This document shows, piece after piece, positions 48,500 through 59,082 of a DNA stretch of 64,000 bases. The first letter of the stretch is position 1, and each line of letters starts with the position of its first letter. The stretch comes from an uncultured Verrucomicrobiales bacterium. Lineage in GTDB: Bacteria > Verrucomicrobiota > Verrucomicrobiia > Verrucomicrobiales > Akkermansiaceae. Below the pieces are notes generated by a model, which ran no database searches, was not told the origin of the DNA, and saw nothing but the letters and a program-made list of their open reading frames with translations. A program made the position numbers and the translations under genes. The stretch covers positions 944 through 64,943 of the forward strand of contig CAYNLE010000004.1 of assembly GCA_964397975.1 (NCBI GenBank), given 5' to 3'.

Positions 48500-50011
48500 T
48501 TAATTCTTCAGGTGCCATTTAATGCGCTCTTCCATCACATCAAAAAATGGGTTCGCGCGGAGCCGCATGAGATTATCCATCGATAAAGTTAACCCACCTC
48601 TTTCGCCGCGCGGTATCGTAGACCCTATGCGAAAGGACAAACGCTCCTCTGAACTCTCAGCCGGATGCTCAGAGTAGCCATATAGTGGATCATCTGGATG
48701 AAATGGCACCGCTACATGTGATAACGAATAGACGTCCTCTGGCCAATTCAACCCCACATCACGACTCGTCATTTCCTTAGTGCCTGGGCTCTTCTGCTTC
48801 AAACTCATTTCTAGCGATTCGGCATTCACATTTGTCAGCACACTCAGTCGATAGCTTAGATCTCCCCGTTGACTTAGCTCTGGTATCAGATCTGTACACT
48901 CACTTTTGAGAAGTGGCGCTATTGGAGAGAAACGATTGATATCAAAAAAGAATAACTCGCTCTCCTTATTTTCGATCGCTTCATAGAAAACCTTCACCAC
49001 CGCCGGCACACTCACCGTAGCATCCAATATAGATTGAAAAGTCACAATAGGCGGTAGCTTCTTCATCGCCTCTTTTTGCTGGAGTTTAGCTAGATCTTTA
49101 ATCAGCTGTTGGGAAAGTCTATAGGACTGCTCTCCTGCGTTCTTTGGAAATGAATTGTATTTAAAGGCATCATACTCAGGTAGCACATCCACCCACTTAA
49201 ATTTCTTAAACCACGGCATCCATGAGAGTGGCTTATGAGAGTCACTCAGGCTCGCCAGTGAGCTCACACCTATTGCCGGGTTTAGCAGAAAGACCTTCTT
49301 CGGCATGACCAATTCCTCATCAGCCGCTGCATCCAGAGTGTGCTTCAGCGCTAGCGCTCCACCATTCGAGTATCCCAATAAATAAATGGGCGCTCCGTCT
49401 GGAATAGCTTTTTTTAAATGAGTAAGACTCAGCCGCATAGCTGCCCGCCAGTCGCGCCACTTAGCCTTCGTCAAAGCTCCAGGAACTGTACCATGACCCG
49501 GCACGCGGAGACAGATCGCCAAAGCTCCCTCTCCCTGAAAAACTTTACCCAGAGCGCGCATTGAATACGGCGCATCCGTCAGCCCGTGTAGTAGTAATAC
49601 ACCCGCTGTCGGTTCACCCGCAGGCTCTAGAACCTGCGTCCTATTCCAATTACGCAGCTCCACCTCTCTAGGATAACTAGGGCTACCCGCCATATAACGG
49701 CTCAGCGCCCAACCATCCGCCTCAGTCTCAGGTTGCGTAACGACCTCATCCTCTAAGCGCTGAAATAAGGCGTCTTCTAAAATCAGATAATCAGCGAAGG
49801 AAAAGTCATCTCTCACATCAGACTTAGTAAACTCGCCTTTGAGTGGATTATGCCAGATTTTTAGATCAGGCTTATTTCTAGCCTTCATTGCCCACAGCAC
49901 TAAAAAAGCCAATACCCCAACCGCCAGATTCCGAAAAGTCTTCAGCATAAATATCAGCGCACGCTTTCGTGTGAACCGTTTTGCTAAAAGCTCTTTACTG
50001 AGATATGCCAT
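48500..50011 (-). CDS. Membrane-anchored alpha/beta hydrolase (esterase/lipase-like)
   Basis: N-terminal TM; LLHGLTDAPYSM, VPGHGT.P, nucleophile GYSNGG, QSILDATV, SLSHVA. Confidence 0.88.
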   Translation of the reverse strand: MAYLSKELLAKRFTRKRALIFMLKTFRNLAVGVLAFLVLWAMKARNKPDLKIWHNPLKGEFTKSDVRDDFSFADYLILEDALFQRLEDEVVTQPETEADGWALSRYMAGSPSYPREVELRNWNRTQVLEPAGEPTAGVLLLHGLTDAPYSMRALGKVFQGEGALAICLRVPGHGTVPGALTKAKWRDWRAAMRLSLTHLKKAIPDGAPIYLLGYSNGGALALKHTLDAAADEELVMPKKVFLLNPAIGVSSLASLSDSHKPLSWMPWFKKFKWVDVLPEYDAFKYNSFPKNAGEQSYRLSQQLIKDLAKLQQKEAMKKLPPIVTFQSILDATVSVPAVVKVFYEAIENKESELFFFDINRFSPIAPLLKSECTDLIPELSQRGDLSYRLSVLTNVNAESLEMSLKQKSPGTKEMTSRDVGLNWPEDVYSLSHVAVPFHPDDPLYGYSEHPAESSEERLSFRIGSTIPRGERGGLTLSMDNLMRLRANPFFDVMEERIKWHLKN

Positions 50012-50077
50012 AGGACTGGCTCATCTCTAAACAAAAAGCAGCTAACTGTCGCTTAAAAACCTGACAGTGACTTATTT

Positions 50078-52651
50078 TCATTTAGAAAATATAAGCTCAT
50101 TATTTTCTAACTCCACCTGTATCACATCACCATCGATGAATTTACCTTCTAATAGTTCTAGACCTAAGGGGTCGAGGAGTTCGTGCTGAATAGCTCTTTT
50201 CAAAGGGCGGGCTCCGTATACTGGGTCATAGCCTTGATCGGCTAAAAACTCCTTCGCATCCTCTGAAAGACTAAGCCCGAGTCCCTGTTTGGCTAGGCGT
50301 TTACGCACTCGATCTAACTGAAGAAGAACAATAGGGTTTAACTCTTCAGCTGTCAGACGATCAAAAATAATTGTTTCATCAATTCGGTTTAAAAACTCGG
50401 GTCTGAAATGACTACGTAATGCGTCTGTAACCATCGCCTCGCGCTGCTCTGCACTTTCCTCCTGTAAGATAAACTGGCTTCCTATGTTAGAGGTCATAAT
50501 AAGCACTGTGTTTTTAAAGTTAACAACACGTCCTTTACCATCCGTAATACGTCCGTCGTCTAGAACCTGAAGCAGCACATTAAATACATCTGAGTGCGCT
50601 TTCTCTACCTCATCAAAAAGGACAACGGAATATGGAGAGCGACGAACTTGCTCACTGAGCTGACCACCTTCATCATAACCAACATAGCCAGGAGGAGCCC
50701 CGATCAAACGAGCGACACTATGCTTTTCCATATACTCTGACATATCGATGCGGATCATCGCCTGCTCATCATCGAACATAAATTCCGCTAAAGCCTTCGT
50801 CAGCTCAGTTTTCCCAACACCCGTCGGCCCTAAAAATAAGAATGAACCGATGGGACGATTCTCATCCTGTAAGCCGGCACGAGCACGGCGCACTGCATTT
50901 GACACTGCGGTGATAGCCTTACGCTGACCAATGACACGCTCACCCAGTCGCGCTTCCATTTTCACTAACTTAGCTCGCTCCCCTTCTTCAAGGCGTGAAA
51001 CAGGAATCCCCGTCCAGTATGATACGACCTGCGCCACGTCTTTATCTGTGACTTCCTCTTTCAAGATAGCTCCAGATGTTTGCAAAACAGACAAATCTTT
51101 CTTCGCGGCTTCTAGATCTTTTTCAGCATCAGGTAGTTCTCCGTAGGTAAGTTCAGATGCTCTACCAAGGTCGCCGATACGTTTTGCTTGCTCGATCTCA
51201 GTCTTAATAGAGTCGATCGATTCCTGAATACTTCTTACCGCATCGATCACCCCTTTTTCATTACGCCACTGAGCCATAAGGCCTGCCGACTCCTCCTTAA
51301 AGTTTGCCATCTCCTCAGTTACTTTTTCCAGTCTCGCCACGCTTGCCTTATCGGACTCCCTCTCTAGCGCACGCTTCTCCATCTCTAACTGCATCACCTG
51401 ACGTTCGATCTGGTCGATCTCTGTCGGCATAGAGTCTAACTCAATTTTCAATCGAGACGCAGCTTCATCTATCAGATCAATCGCTTTATCTGGTAAGAAG
51501 CGATCTGAAATATAGCGATCACTCAAAACCGCGGCACCAACGAGTGCTCCATCTGTGATACGAACACCATGATGAAGCTCATAGCGCTCTTTCAAACCTC
51601 TTAGTATAGCGATCGAGTCCTCCACACTAGGCTCACCTACATTCACTGGCTGAAAGCGTCTTTCTAAGGCGGCATCCTTCTCAATGTATTTTTGATATTC
51701 ATCCAACGTAGTAGCGCCTATGGTATGGAGTTCACCACGTGCGAGCTGAGGTTTTAGTAAATTAGAAGCATCCACAGCGCCCTCACTTGCACCTGCTCCT
51801 ACAATGGTATGAAGCTCATCGATAAAGAGAATGATCTGACCTTCACTGTCTGTTATCTCTTTTAAAAATGCCTTTAACCTATCCTCGAACTCCCCACGGA
51901 ATTTAGCACCCGCTATCATGCCGCCAAGGTCGAGCGACACCAAAGTTTTCCCCTTCATGGAGTCTGGCACATCACCACTAACAATCCTACGAGCTAGCCC
52001 TTCCGCGATCGCCGTTTTACCGACACCTGGCTCACCGATCAAAACGGGATTATTTTTCCGTCTTCTGGAGAGAACCTGTAATACACGGCGAATCTCCTCA
52101 TCTCGACCTATCACAGGATCTATTTTACCTAACCTTGCCATAGCAGTCAGGTCTGTGCCGTATTTCTCTAAAGTCTGATACTTACCCTCAGGGTCTTGAT
52201 CCGTGACACTCTGCCCTCCACGAACATCTTTAAGCGCTGCCTCTAGACTCTTTTTATTTAGTCCAGCTTCGGTTAAAAGTTTCCCAGCTGGTGAGTCCGC
52301 CATCAGAGCTCCCAGTAAAAAATGCTCTACACTGATAAACTCATCTTTCATGCCTTCTCGTGCTTGGTCTGCGGCATCGAGTGTTGATTTTAAACCATAG
52401 CTGATCTGTGGTTGAGCCGTCGATCCCGTGACTTTAGGCTCTTTATCAAGATTTAAAATAACCGCTGCCTTCAGCTTAGAAACATTCACCTCTGCCTTCT
52501 GAAGAATAGGAACTACGATACCTCCCTCCTGATTCAGCAATGATAATAAAACATGCGCACTCCTCAGCTCAGGATGAGCTGACTTCGCCGCTAGCTGCTG
52601 CCCAGACTGAAGGGCTTCCTGCATTTTCACTGTAATTTTCTCCAACCCCAT
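50078..52651 (-). CDS. clpB: ATP-dependent chaperone ClpB
   Basis: [29 protein letters not shown], coiled-coil M domain, [30 protein letters not shown]. Confidence 0.98.
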   Translation of the reverse strand: MGLEKITVKMQEALQSGQQLAAKSAHPELRSAHVLLSLLNQEGGIVVPILQKAEVNVSKLKAAVILNLDKEPKVTGSTAQPQISYGLKSTLDAADQAREGMKDEFISVEHFLLGALMADSPAGKLLTEAGLNKKSLEAALKDVRGGQSVTDQDPEGKYQTLEKYGTDLTAMARLGKIDPVIGRDEEIRRVLQVLSRRRKNNPVLIGEPGVGKTAIAEGLARRIVSGDVPDSMKGKTLVSLDLGGMIAGAKFRGEFEDRLKAFLKEITDSEGQIILFIDELHTIVGAGASEGAVDASNLLKPQLARGELHTIGATTLDEYQKYIEKDAALERRFQPVNVGEPSVEDSIAILRGLKERYELHHGVRITDGALVGAAVLSDRYISDRFLPDKAIDLIDEAASRLKIELDSMPTEIDQIERQVMQLEMEKRALERESDKASVARLEKVTEEMANFKEESAGLMAQWRNEKGVIDAVRSIQESIDSIKTEIEQAKRIGDLGRASELTYGELPDAEKDLEAAKKDLSVLQTSGAILKEEVTDKDVAQVVSYWTGIPVSRLEEGERAKLVKMEARLGERVIGQRKAITAVSNAVRRARAGLQDENRPIGSFLFLGPTGVGKTELTKALAEFMFDDEQAMIRIDMSEYMEKHSVARLIGAPPGYVGYDEGGQLSEQVRRSPYSVVLFDEVEKAHSDVFNVLLQVLDDGRITDGKGRVVNFKNTVLIMTSNIGSQFILQEESAEQREAMVTDALRSHFRPEFLNRIDETIIFDRLTAEELNPIVLLQLDRVRKRLAKQGLGLSLSEDAKEFLADQGYDPVYGARPLKRAIQHELLDPLGLELLEGKFIDGDVIQVELENNELIFSK

Positions 52652-52660
52652 AGTGCTGAA

Positions 52661-52689
52661 AGTTTACGTAAAAAAACACCTAGATGCAA
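52661..52689 (-). promoter_or_regulatory. Sigma70-like promoter for clpB
   Basis: TTGCAT-N17-TAAACT, 9 nt before ATG. Confidence 0.65.
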
Positions 52690-52706
52690 CGCCGCAATGA
52701 CATTGT

Positions 52707-52737
52707 AAAAAACGCCCATTGCCCCGTTAGCAATGGT
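52707..52737 (-). terminator. Intrinsic terminator after the ABC ATPase gene
   Basis: Reverse complement ACCATTGC-TAACGGG-GCAATGGG-CG-TTTTTT. Confidence 0.7.
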
Positions 52738-52753
52738 CTAGACGAATAGAGAA

Positions 52754-53686
52754 TTAGTCCTTTCGGGTTAACTCTACGAAGACTTCCTCAAGTGTAGCTG
52801 TGTGACGGTGAATTGTTCTCACAGGCCACTTATTTTCAGTAGCTAACTGAGCAATACGCTCACGAGTGTCTGTATGTGCGTCCACAAGAATAGAAAACTG
52901 ATCCCACTCATCATCACTCTGCTCATGGGTTATTTTTTTAACATTTTCCAACTTACTAACGATATCGACGACCTCCTTACGCGGTGCCTTCAGCTCCACT
53001 GTGATTTTACCTGCCGCACGCATCTGGCTTATCAAATTTGCTGGAGATCCTGTCGCCTTAATATTCCCCTCATCAATAATGATGACATGATCACAGGTCA
53101 TTTCCACCTCACTCAGAATGTGAGTAGACACCATAATCGTATGAGTTTCTCCTAAGCGCTTGATAAGACGTCTGATCGAGCGAATTTGGTTAGGGTCTAA
53201 ACCGTTTGTGGGTTCATCCAGAATGAGTAGATCAGGTTTATGTACCAGAGCATCGGCTAAGCCAACACGCTGACGATATCCTTTCGACAAAGTTTTAATC
53301 ATTTTACGGCGAACATCAGTAAGACTGCACAAATCAATAGCCTCGCCAATATACGACCTCGCTTTCATACCACTAAGACCTTTCAGGTGCGCACGATATG
53401 TCAGATACTCCTTCACTCTCATCTCCTCATAAAGAGGAACATTCTCAGGCATATAGCCTATCTGACGGCGTGCTTTAAGCGACTGACGGAACATATCATA
53501 CCCTGCTATCCTAGCGCTTCCAGATGTGGGTGGCAAATAACCAGTTAGCATACGTAGCGTCGTTGTCTTTCCAGCACCATTCGGACCTAGAAAGCCAACA
53601 ATCTCACCTTTTCCCACCTCAAAACTTATATCCTTAACTGCTGTGTATCTGCCGTAACTTTTGCTAAGATTATGAACTTCAATCAT
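52754..53686 (-). CDS. ABC transporter ATP-binding protein (GldA/ABC-2 type)
   Basis: GFLGPNGAGKTTT, QIGYMPE, LSKGYRQRVG, LILDEPTNGLDP, STHILSEVE, TLEEVF. Confidence 0.93.
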   Translation of the reverse strand: MIEVHNLSKSYGRYTAVKDISFEVGKGEIVGFLGPNGAGKTTTLRMLTGYLPPTSGSARIAGYDMFRQSLKARRQIGYMPENVPLYEEMRVKEYLTYRAHLKGLSGMKARSYIGEAIDLCSLTDVRRKMIKTLSKGYRQRVGLADALVHKPDLLILDEPTNGLDPNQIRSIRRLIKRLGETHTIMVSTHILSEVEMTCDHVIIIDEGNIKATGSPANLISQMRAAGKITVELKAPRKEVVDIVSKLENVKKITHEQSDDEWDQFSILVDAHTDTRERIAQLATENKWPVRTIHRHTATLEEVFVELTRKD

Positions 53687-53841
53687 GTAATATCGTATTT
53701 TAGGTAAAAAAATGAAAAATAGTGCGAAATGCCACGCTTGTGCGTTGACTCCTTGCTGCTGTCCTATTACTTAGACCCAAGTTTGGTTTCTCACCAAGTA
53801 ATAAAAACGATTTACCTCACTAAAAATCCAATCCTTCACCC

Positions 53842-56643
53842 ATGAAATCATCTGTATCAGCTCGCTTCAACGCAGATCTCCTCGACGAAAAATATGAACT
53901 ATGGTGTGATGACCCTCAGTCTGTAGAAAATGACTGGTGTGCATTCTTCGAGGGCTTCGAGTTAGGTAATGCTCAGCTTAAGCAAAAAGGAAATACAGCA
54001 GCGGCCACTGCAGCGACTTCCGCTGAACCTCTGTCCACAGATGAAGAATACCTTAACTTCCGTGGAAAAGTAGTTAGCTTAGTCTATAACTACAGAACAC
54101 TTGGCCATACTCAGGCTCACCTTAATCCTCTCGACGACAGCGGGGTAAAAAACCCACGTCTTCAGCTTTCTCAGTTCGGCCTCAGCGAAGCCGACCTCGA
54201 CCGTGAAGTATCGACTCAGTTCTTCCGTAATGGTCAAAAAATGAAGCTCCGCGATATGGTCGCAGCTCTTGAGGAAACTTACTCTAGCTGTATTGGCGTA
54301 GAGTATATGCATATCTCTAATACGGAAATTCGTAACTGGTTCCGCCAGCACGTAGAAAACCGTGAAAAATTTCAAAGCACTCTGAAAATCGACGAGTCTC
54401 GTATCCTCCAGTGGTTACTCGAATCTCAGCTCTTCGAATCATTTCTTGCTAAAAAATTCCTCGGCGAAAAGCGATTTTCACTCGAGGGAGCAGAAGCCAC
54501 CATGGTTTTACTCAATACTATCTTAGAACGATGTCCTAGTTCAGACGTTCAAGAGATAGAAATGGGTATGGCTCACCGTGGCCGACTTAATGTTCTCAGA
54601 AACTTCCTTCACAAGTCTCTCACTACACTACTTTACGAATTCACACCAAACTATGTGCCAGACTTAGTCGCTGGTGATGGTGATGTGAAATACCACTTAG
54701 GTTATGAAAGTGTGCGTAAGCTCAACGACGGAGATGTCAGAGTAAGCCTCGCAGCTAACCCAAGTCACCTAGAAGCTGTTAACGCTGTTGTAGAAGGCAA
54801 GGCACGAGCACGCCAGAGACTTATCGAAGGTGACATTAAAGAGTGTAACCGCAATGTTACAGAAGCGCACCGCAAGAAGGTCCTCCCTATTCTTTTACAC
54901 GGTGATGCAGCCTTTGCAGGTCAGGGTTCTGTTACTGAAGTTCTTAACCTCTCACAGCTACCAGGATACAGAACTGGAGGAACGATCCACATCATCGTCA
55001 ATAACCAGATTGGCTTCACCACCATGCCTGAAGATGCTCGTTCATCTCCATATGCGACCGATGTTGCAAAAATGATCGAGGCTCCAATTATTCACGTCAA
55101 TGGTGAAGAACCATCTGAGCTAGTATGGGCAGCTGCTATTGCTCTCGAGTATCGTCAGAAATTCGCCCGTGATGTTGTCATAGATATGTATTGCTACCGT
55201 CGCCACGGGCACAACGAGGCGGATCAAGCTGCATTTACACAACCACATATTTACAAAAAAGTAGACGCACGTAAACCGATCGGTGACATCTACAAGAACC
55301 GTGTCGTCGAAAAAGCTCAGCTCACTCAGCAAGCAGCTGATGAGGTAGAGAACAAAATCAAGAAAATGCTGGAAGATGGCTATGATACAATGGTCAAGCA
55401 CATGGAAGCTGGTGACCGTGATGCCTTCAGCGGATCAACAGCTGAACCGCAGCCAGACTATACCCACAAGCCTGTCAACACAGGTATTAGCAAAAAGAAT
55501 CTCCAGCACATAGGTAAAGTTCTTACAAGTATCCCTGAAGGGTTCAACCTTCACAAGACACTAGAAAAACGCTTCCTACCACGCCGTGTAGAAGCACTTC
55601 AAAATGGTGGCCCATTTGATTGGGCATTTGCTGAATCTCTAGCTTGGGGATCTCTTCTGATGGAAGGAAATCCAGTAAGACTTTCAGGCCAAGATGTTCG
55701 CCGTGGAACATTCAGTCACCGTCACGCTGTGTTTTATGACTCAGAAACACGTGAGCGCCATATTCCTCTAAAGGGGCTTTCAGCTGACCAGGCAAAATTC
55801 TGCGTCTACAACAGCCTTCTCTCAGAAGCTGCTGTGCTAGGCTTCGACTACGGTTACTCACTCGGCACCACCAATATGCTCATCATGTGGGAAGCCCAGT
55901 TTGGTGATTTCTCTAATGGAGCGCAGGTTATCATCGACCAGTTCATCGCATCCGCTGAGTCAAAATGGCAAACACCAAGCAGCCTCGTGATGCTTCTCCC
56001 CCACGGCTATGAAGGTATGGGGCCTGAGCACTCTAGCGCTCGCTTAGAAAGATTTTTACAACTCTGTGCTGAGCAAAATATTCAAGTTGGTAACCTCACG
56101 ACACCAGCTCAGTATTTCCACGCACTGCGTCGTCAGAAAAAGCGGGGCTTCCGTAAGCCTCTCGTCTTGATGACACCCAAGAGCCTGCTATCTCGCCCTG
56201 AAGCTATCTCAAAGGAAGAAGACTTCCTAGACGGCACATCATTCAAGGAAATCCTCGCCGACGACAAAAAGTTCAAAAACCCAATCGACGTTGAGAGAGT
56301 TATCTTCTGTTCAGGTAAGGTTTACTACGACTTAGCTAAATACCGTGATGAAGCGGGCATCGATAATGCTGCTATTATCCGAATAGAACAGCTCTATCCA
56401 TTTAACGAAGGCATGCTCGAGGAACTTGTAAAACCATTTACTAACTGCACGAAGTGGGTATGGGCACAAGAAGAACCTAAAAACATGGGAGCATACACTT
56501 ATGCAGCACCACGTTTATCTGACATCTTAGACTCAAACGTCCGTTACGCTGGAAGAAAACCTTCATCCAGCCCCGCTGCAGGATCGAAAGCGCAGCACAT
56601 CAGAGAACAGAAAATGCTCACTGAGCAGGCGTTCGAAGTTTAA
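53842..56643 (+). CDS. sucA: 2-oxoglutarate dehydrogenase E1
   Basis: GEKRFSLEG, GMAHRGRLNVL, GDVKYHLG, NPSHLEAV, LHGDAAFAGQG (TPP), RRHGHNE, GQDVRRGTFSHRHA, WEAQFGDF, LPHGYEGMGPEHSSAR. Confidence 0.98.
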   Translation: MKSSVSARFNADLLDEKYELWCDDPQSVENDWCAFFEGFELGNAQLKQKGNTAAATAATSAEPLSTDEEYLNFRGKVVSLVYNYRTLGHTQAHLNPLDDSGVKNPRLQLSQFGLSEADLDREVSTQFFRNGQKMKLRDMVAALEETYSSCIGVEYMHISNTEIRNWFRQHVENREKFQSTLKIDESRILQWLLESQLFESFLAKKFLGEKRFSLEGAEATMVLLNTILERCPSSDVQEIEMGMAHRGRLNVLRNFLHKSLTTLLYEFTPNYVPDLVAGDGDVKYHLGYESVRKLNDGDVRVSLAANPSHLEAVNAVVEGKARARQRLIEGDIKECNRNVTEAHRKKVLPILLHGDAAFAGQGSVTEVLNLSQLPGYRTGGTIHIIVNNQIGFTTMPEDARSSPYATDVAKMIEAPIIHVNGEEPSELVWAAAIALEYRQKFARDVVIDMYCYRRHGHNEADQAAFTQPHIYKKVDARKPIGDIYKNRVVEKAQLTQQAADEVENKIKKMLEDGYDTMVKHMEAGDRDAFSGSTAEPQPDYTHKPVNTGISKKNLQHIGKVLTSIPEGFNLHKTLEKRFLPRRVEALQNGGPFDWAFAESLAWGSLLMEGNPVRLSGQDVRRGTFSHRHAVFYDSETRERHIPLKGLSADQAKFCVYNSLLSEAAVLGFDYGYSLGTTNMLIMWEAQFGDFSNGAQVIIDQFIASAESKWQTPSSLVMLLPHGYEGMGPEHSSARLERFLQLCAEQNIQVGNLTTPAQYFHALRRQKKRGFRKPLVLMTPKSLLSRPEAISKEEDFLDGTSFKEILADDKKFKNPIDVERVIFCSGKVYYDLAKYRDEAGIDNAAIIRIEQLYPFNEGMLEELVKPFTNCTKWVWAQEEPKNMGAYTYAAPRLSDILDSNVRYAGRKPSSSPAAGSKAQHIREQKMLTEQAFEV

Positions 56644-56677
56644 ACTTTATTTTTAACACCTAAATTCAATACACATC

Positions 56678-58117
56678 ATGGCTACTGAGGTAAAAATCCC
56701 CAATGTTGGTGAATCCATCACTTCCGCAAACGTTGCACAATGGCACAAAACCAATGGCGAATCTGTTAACAAGGGAGAAACCATTCTCACGATTGAAACA
56801 GACAAGGTCTCCAATGAGATCGAAGCTGATGTTTCAGGCACCCTTAACATCCTTGTTCAAGAAGGTGAAGAGGTCGCTATCGGGACTGTAGTTGCTAATA
56901 TCACAGAAGGAGCCGTTAACGCAAAAGAAGCTCCTACTGAAACGACTCCAAAACCTGCAGCAGCCACACCAGCAGCTCAAGCTTCAGGAAAAGAGAAAGT
57001 AGTAGAAATCAAAGTCCCTGCAGCCGGTGAGTCAATCACCTCCGCTAATGTAGGTCACTGGCACGTAGCTAATGGAGCTGTAGTAGCAAAAGGCAGCCCG
57101 ATCGTAACACTCGATACAGATAAAGTATCGAACGAGCTAGAAGCTGACTACGACGGTGTTCTTAACATTATAGTTCCAGAAGGTGAAGAAGTAGAAATAG
57201 GCACCGTAATAGCAACCCTAACAGTAGGCGCTGTAGCAAGTGCACCTACTCCCGCCGCTCAACCAGCAGCAACTACTCCAGCAAAACCAGCAGCAAATCC
57301 CTCACCTGCCGCTCAAAAAACGCCTCAACCATCCACACCTGTAGTATCTAGCAAGCCTGACTTATCTGTCGTGCCTAGCCAAGGTCAAGGTGGCGGTAAA
57401 TCATCTAGTGATGATGGTGGTCGCACGACCCGCAAGAAGATGAGTATGCTTCGCCGTAAGATCGCTAGCCACTTAGTGAATGCACAGCAGACAGCAGCTA
57501 TTCTCACTACATTTAATGAAGTTGATATGTCAGCTATCATGCAGCTTCGTAAAGATGTACAAGTAGATTTCATAGAGAAGCACGGCTGTAAGCTAGGCTT
57601 TATGTCCTTCTTCGTGAAAGCCGTTGTCCAGGCACTGAAAGACGTCCCAGCGATCAATGCGCGTATCGATGGAAACGAAATCGTTCAAAATAATTTCTAC
57701 GACATAGGCGTAGCGATCGGCACAGAGAAAGGACTCGTTGTCCCTGTTCTCCGTGACTGTGACCAGAAAGGCTTTGCTGAAGTTGAACAAGGCATCCTCG
57801 ACTACGCAGTAAAATCAAAAGAAGGCAAGATCCAGCTCGACGACCTACAAGGTGGAGTATTCACCATCTCTAATGGAGGTGTTTACGGCTCACTCTTAAG
57901 CACGCCTATCCTTAACCCACCACAAAGTGGTATCCTAGGAATGCACACTATCCAGCAGCGCCCAATGGCGGTAAACGGTGAAGTGAAAATTCTACCGATG
58001 ATGAATCTAGCCCTTAGCTATGACCACCGTCTGGTAGATGGTAAAGAAGCTGTTACATTCCTTATTCGTATCAAAGACTGCCTGGAGAACCCAAGCCGCA
58101 TGATGTTAGAGATGTAA
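56678..58117 (+). CDS. sucB: 2-oxoglutarate dehydrogenase E2 (dihydrolipoyl succinyltransferase) with two lipoyl domains
   Basis: Lipoyl motifs ETDKVS (K43) and DTDKVS (K149); [44 protein letters not shown]. Confidence 0.97.
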   Translation: MATEVKIPNVGESITSANVAQWHKTNGESVNKGETILTIETDKVSNEIEADVSGTLNILVQEGEEVAIGTVVANITEGAVNAKEAPTETTPKPAAATPAAQASGKEKVVEIKVPAAGESITSANVGHWHVANGAVVAKGSPIVTLDTDKVSNELEADYDGVLNIIVPEGEEVEIGTVIATLTVGAVASAPTPAAQPAATTPAKPAANPSPAAQKTPQPSTPVVSSKPDLSVVPSQGQGGGKSSSDDGGRTTRKKMSMLRRKIASHLVNAQQTAAILTTFNEVDMSAIMQLRKDVQVDFIEKHGCKLGFMSFFVKAVVQALKDVPAINARIDGNEIVQNNFYDIGVAIGTEKGLVVPVLRDCDQKGFAEVEQGILDYAVKSKEGKIQLDDLQGGVFTISNGGVYGSLLSTPILNPPQSGILGMHTIQQRPMAVNGEVKILPMMNLALSYDHRLVDGKEAVTFLIRIKDCLENPSRMMLEM

Positions 58118-58147
58118 TATACATCCAAATAAGCTATACCCCAGCTT

Positions 58148-59059
58148 ATGGAATACATTGCTATCTTTTTCAAAGGTTTCTTAATGGGTGCCGCCAATGT
58201 GATACCAGGAGTATCAGGTGGCACTATTGCTTTTATTACAGGTATCTACGAGAGACTTATCGAGGCGTTAAAGTCCTGTGACGCTCAGGCACTAAAACAT
58301 TTACTCAAAGTAAATATTGGAGCATTCTGGAAGCATACTGACATGAGCTTCATCGTAGCTCTTGGCTCAGGTATGGTCGCTGGAGTATTAATACTAGCGA
58401 ATGTTCTAGAAAAAGCATTCACCACAGAGCCAGTTCTTGTCGGTGCCTTTTTCTTTGGCCTCATACTCGCCTCTATTTTTTCTGTAGGGAAGCTAGTGAA
58501 CCGTTGGGGCTCCTCAGAGGTCATCTTAGGCTTATTCGGCCTAGCTCTAGCTGTATCTCTAGCATTTGTAAATCCAGCTGCAGAAAGCTCGAACCCGTTC
58601 TACCTAGGACTCTGCGGTGTCGCCGCTATGTGCAGCATGATTATCCCTGGCATATCTGGTTCCTTTATTCTTATCCTGATGGGAAATTATAAGCTCATTA
58701 TGTTAGAGGCTGTAAATAACCTTAGAGAGCTTAACTTAGCTGAATCCCTACCTATCATTATCCCTGTGGGTGTTGGCGCTGTTCTAGGCCTCATCTTACT
58801 ATCTCGCTTCTTAAGCTGGTTATTTAAAACCTACCACAACACCGCCATCGCTCTCATTACAGGCTTTGTCGCTGGATCACTTGCTATGATCTGGCCATGG
58901 AAGGAAGCTGTCTATTCGAAGTCTCTACCTGATAAAATCATCAGCTGGAATCGCAGTATGCCTAACTTCAGCAATCAGGAAACATGGATCGCACTACTCT
59001 GTTTGGCTGGAGGTATTACCATCATTTTTGCGATGGAAAAACTAGCTGTTAAAAAGTAA
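58148..59059 (+). CDS. DUF368 family membrane protein (undecaprenyl-phosphate translocase family)
   Basis: KGFLMGAANVIPGVSGGTIA.ITGIYERL; repeat AMCSMIIPGISGS..L; FFFGLILAS; GFVAGSL..IWPW. Confidence 0.93.
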   Translation: MEYIAIFFKGFLMGAANVIPGVSGGTIAFITGIYERLIEALKSCDAQALKHLLKVNIGAFWKHTDMSFIVALGSGMVAGVLILANVLEKAFTTEPVLVGAFFFGLILASIFSVGKLVNRWGSSEVILGLFGLALAVSLAFVNPAAESSNPFYLGLCGVAAMCSMIIPGISGSFILILMGNYKLIMLEAVNNLRELNLAESLPIIIPVGVGAVLGLILLSRFLSWLFKTYHNTAIALITGFVAGSLAMIWPWKEAVYSKSLPDKIISWNRSMPNFSNQETWIALLCLAGGITIIFAMEKLAVKK

Positions 59060-59082
59060 GTGCTCGTAGCTCTGCCGGCTAG

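Noticed and set aside
52652-52753. CIRCE/HrcA or sigma54 site upstream of clpB
   Set aside because: No CIRCE inverted repeat, and the TGTCA...TTGCA spacing does not fit the -24/-12 consensus
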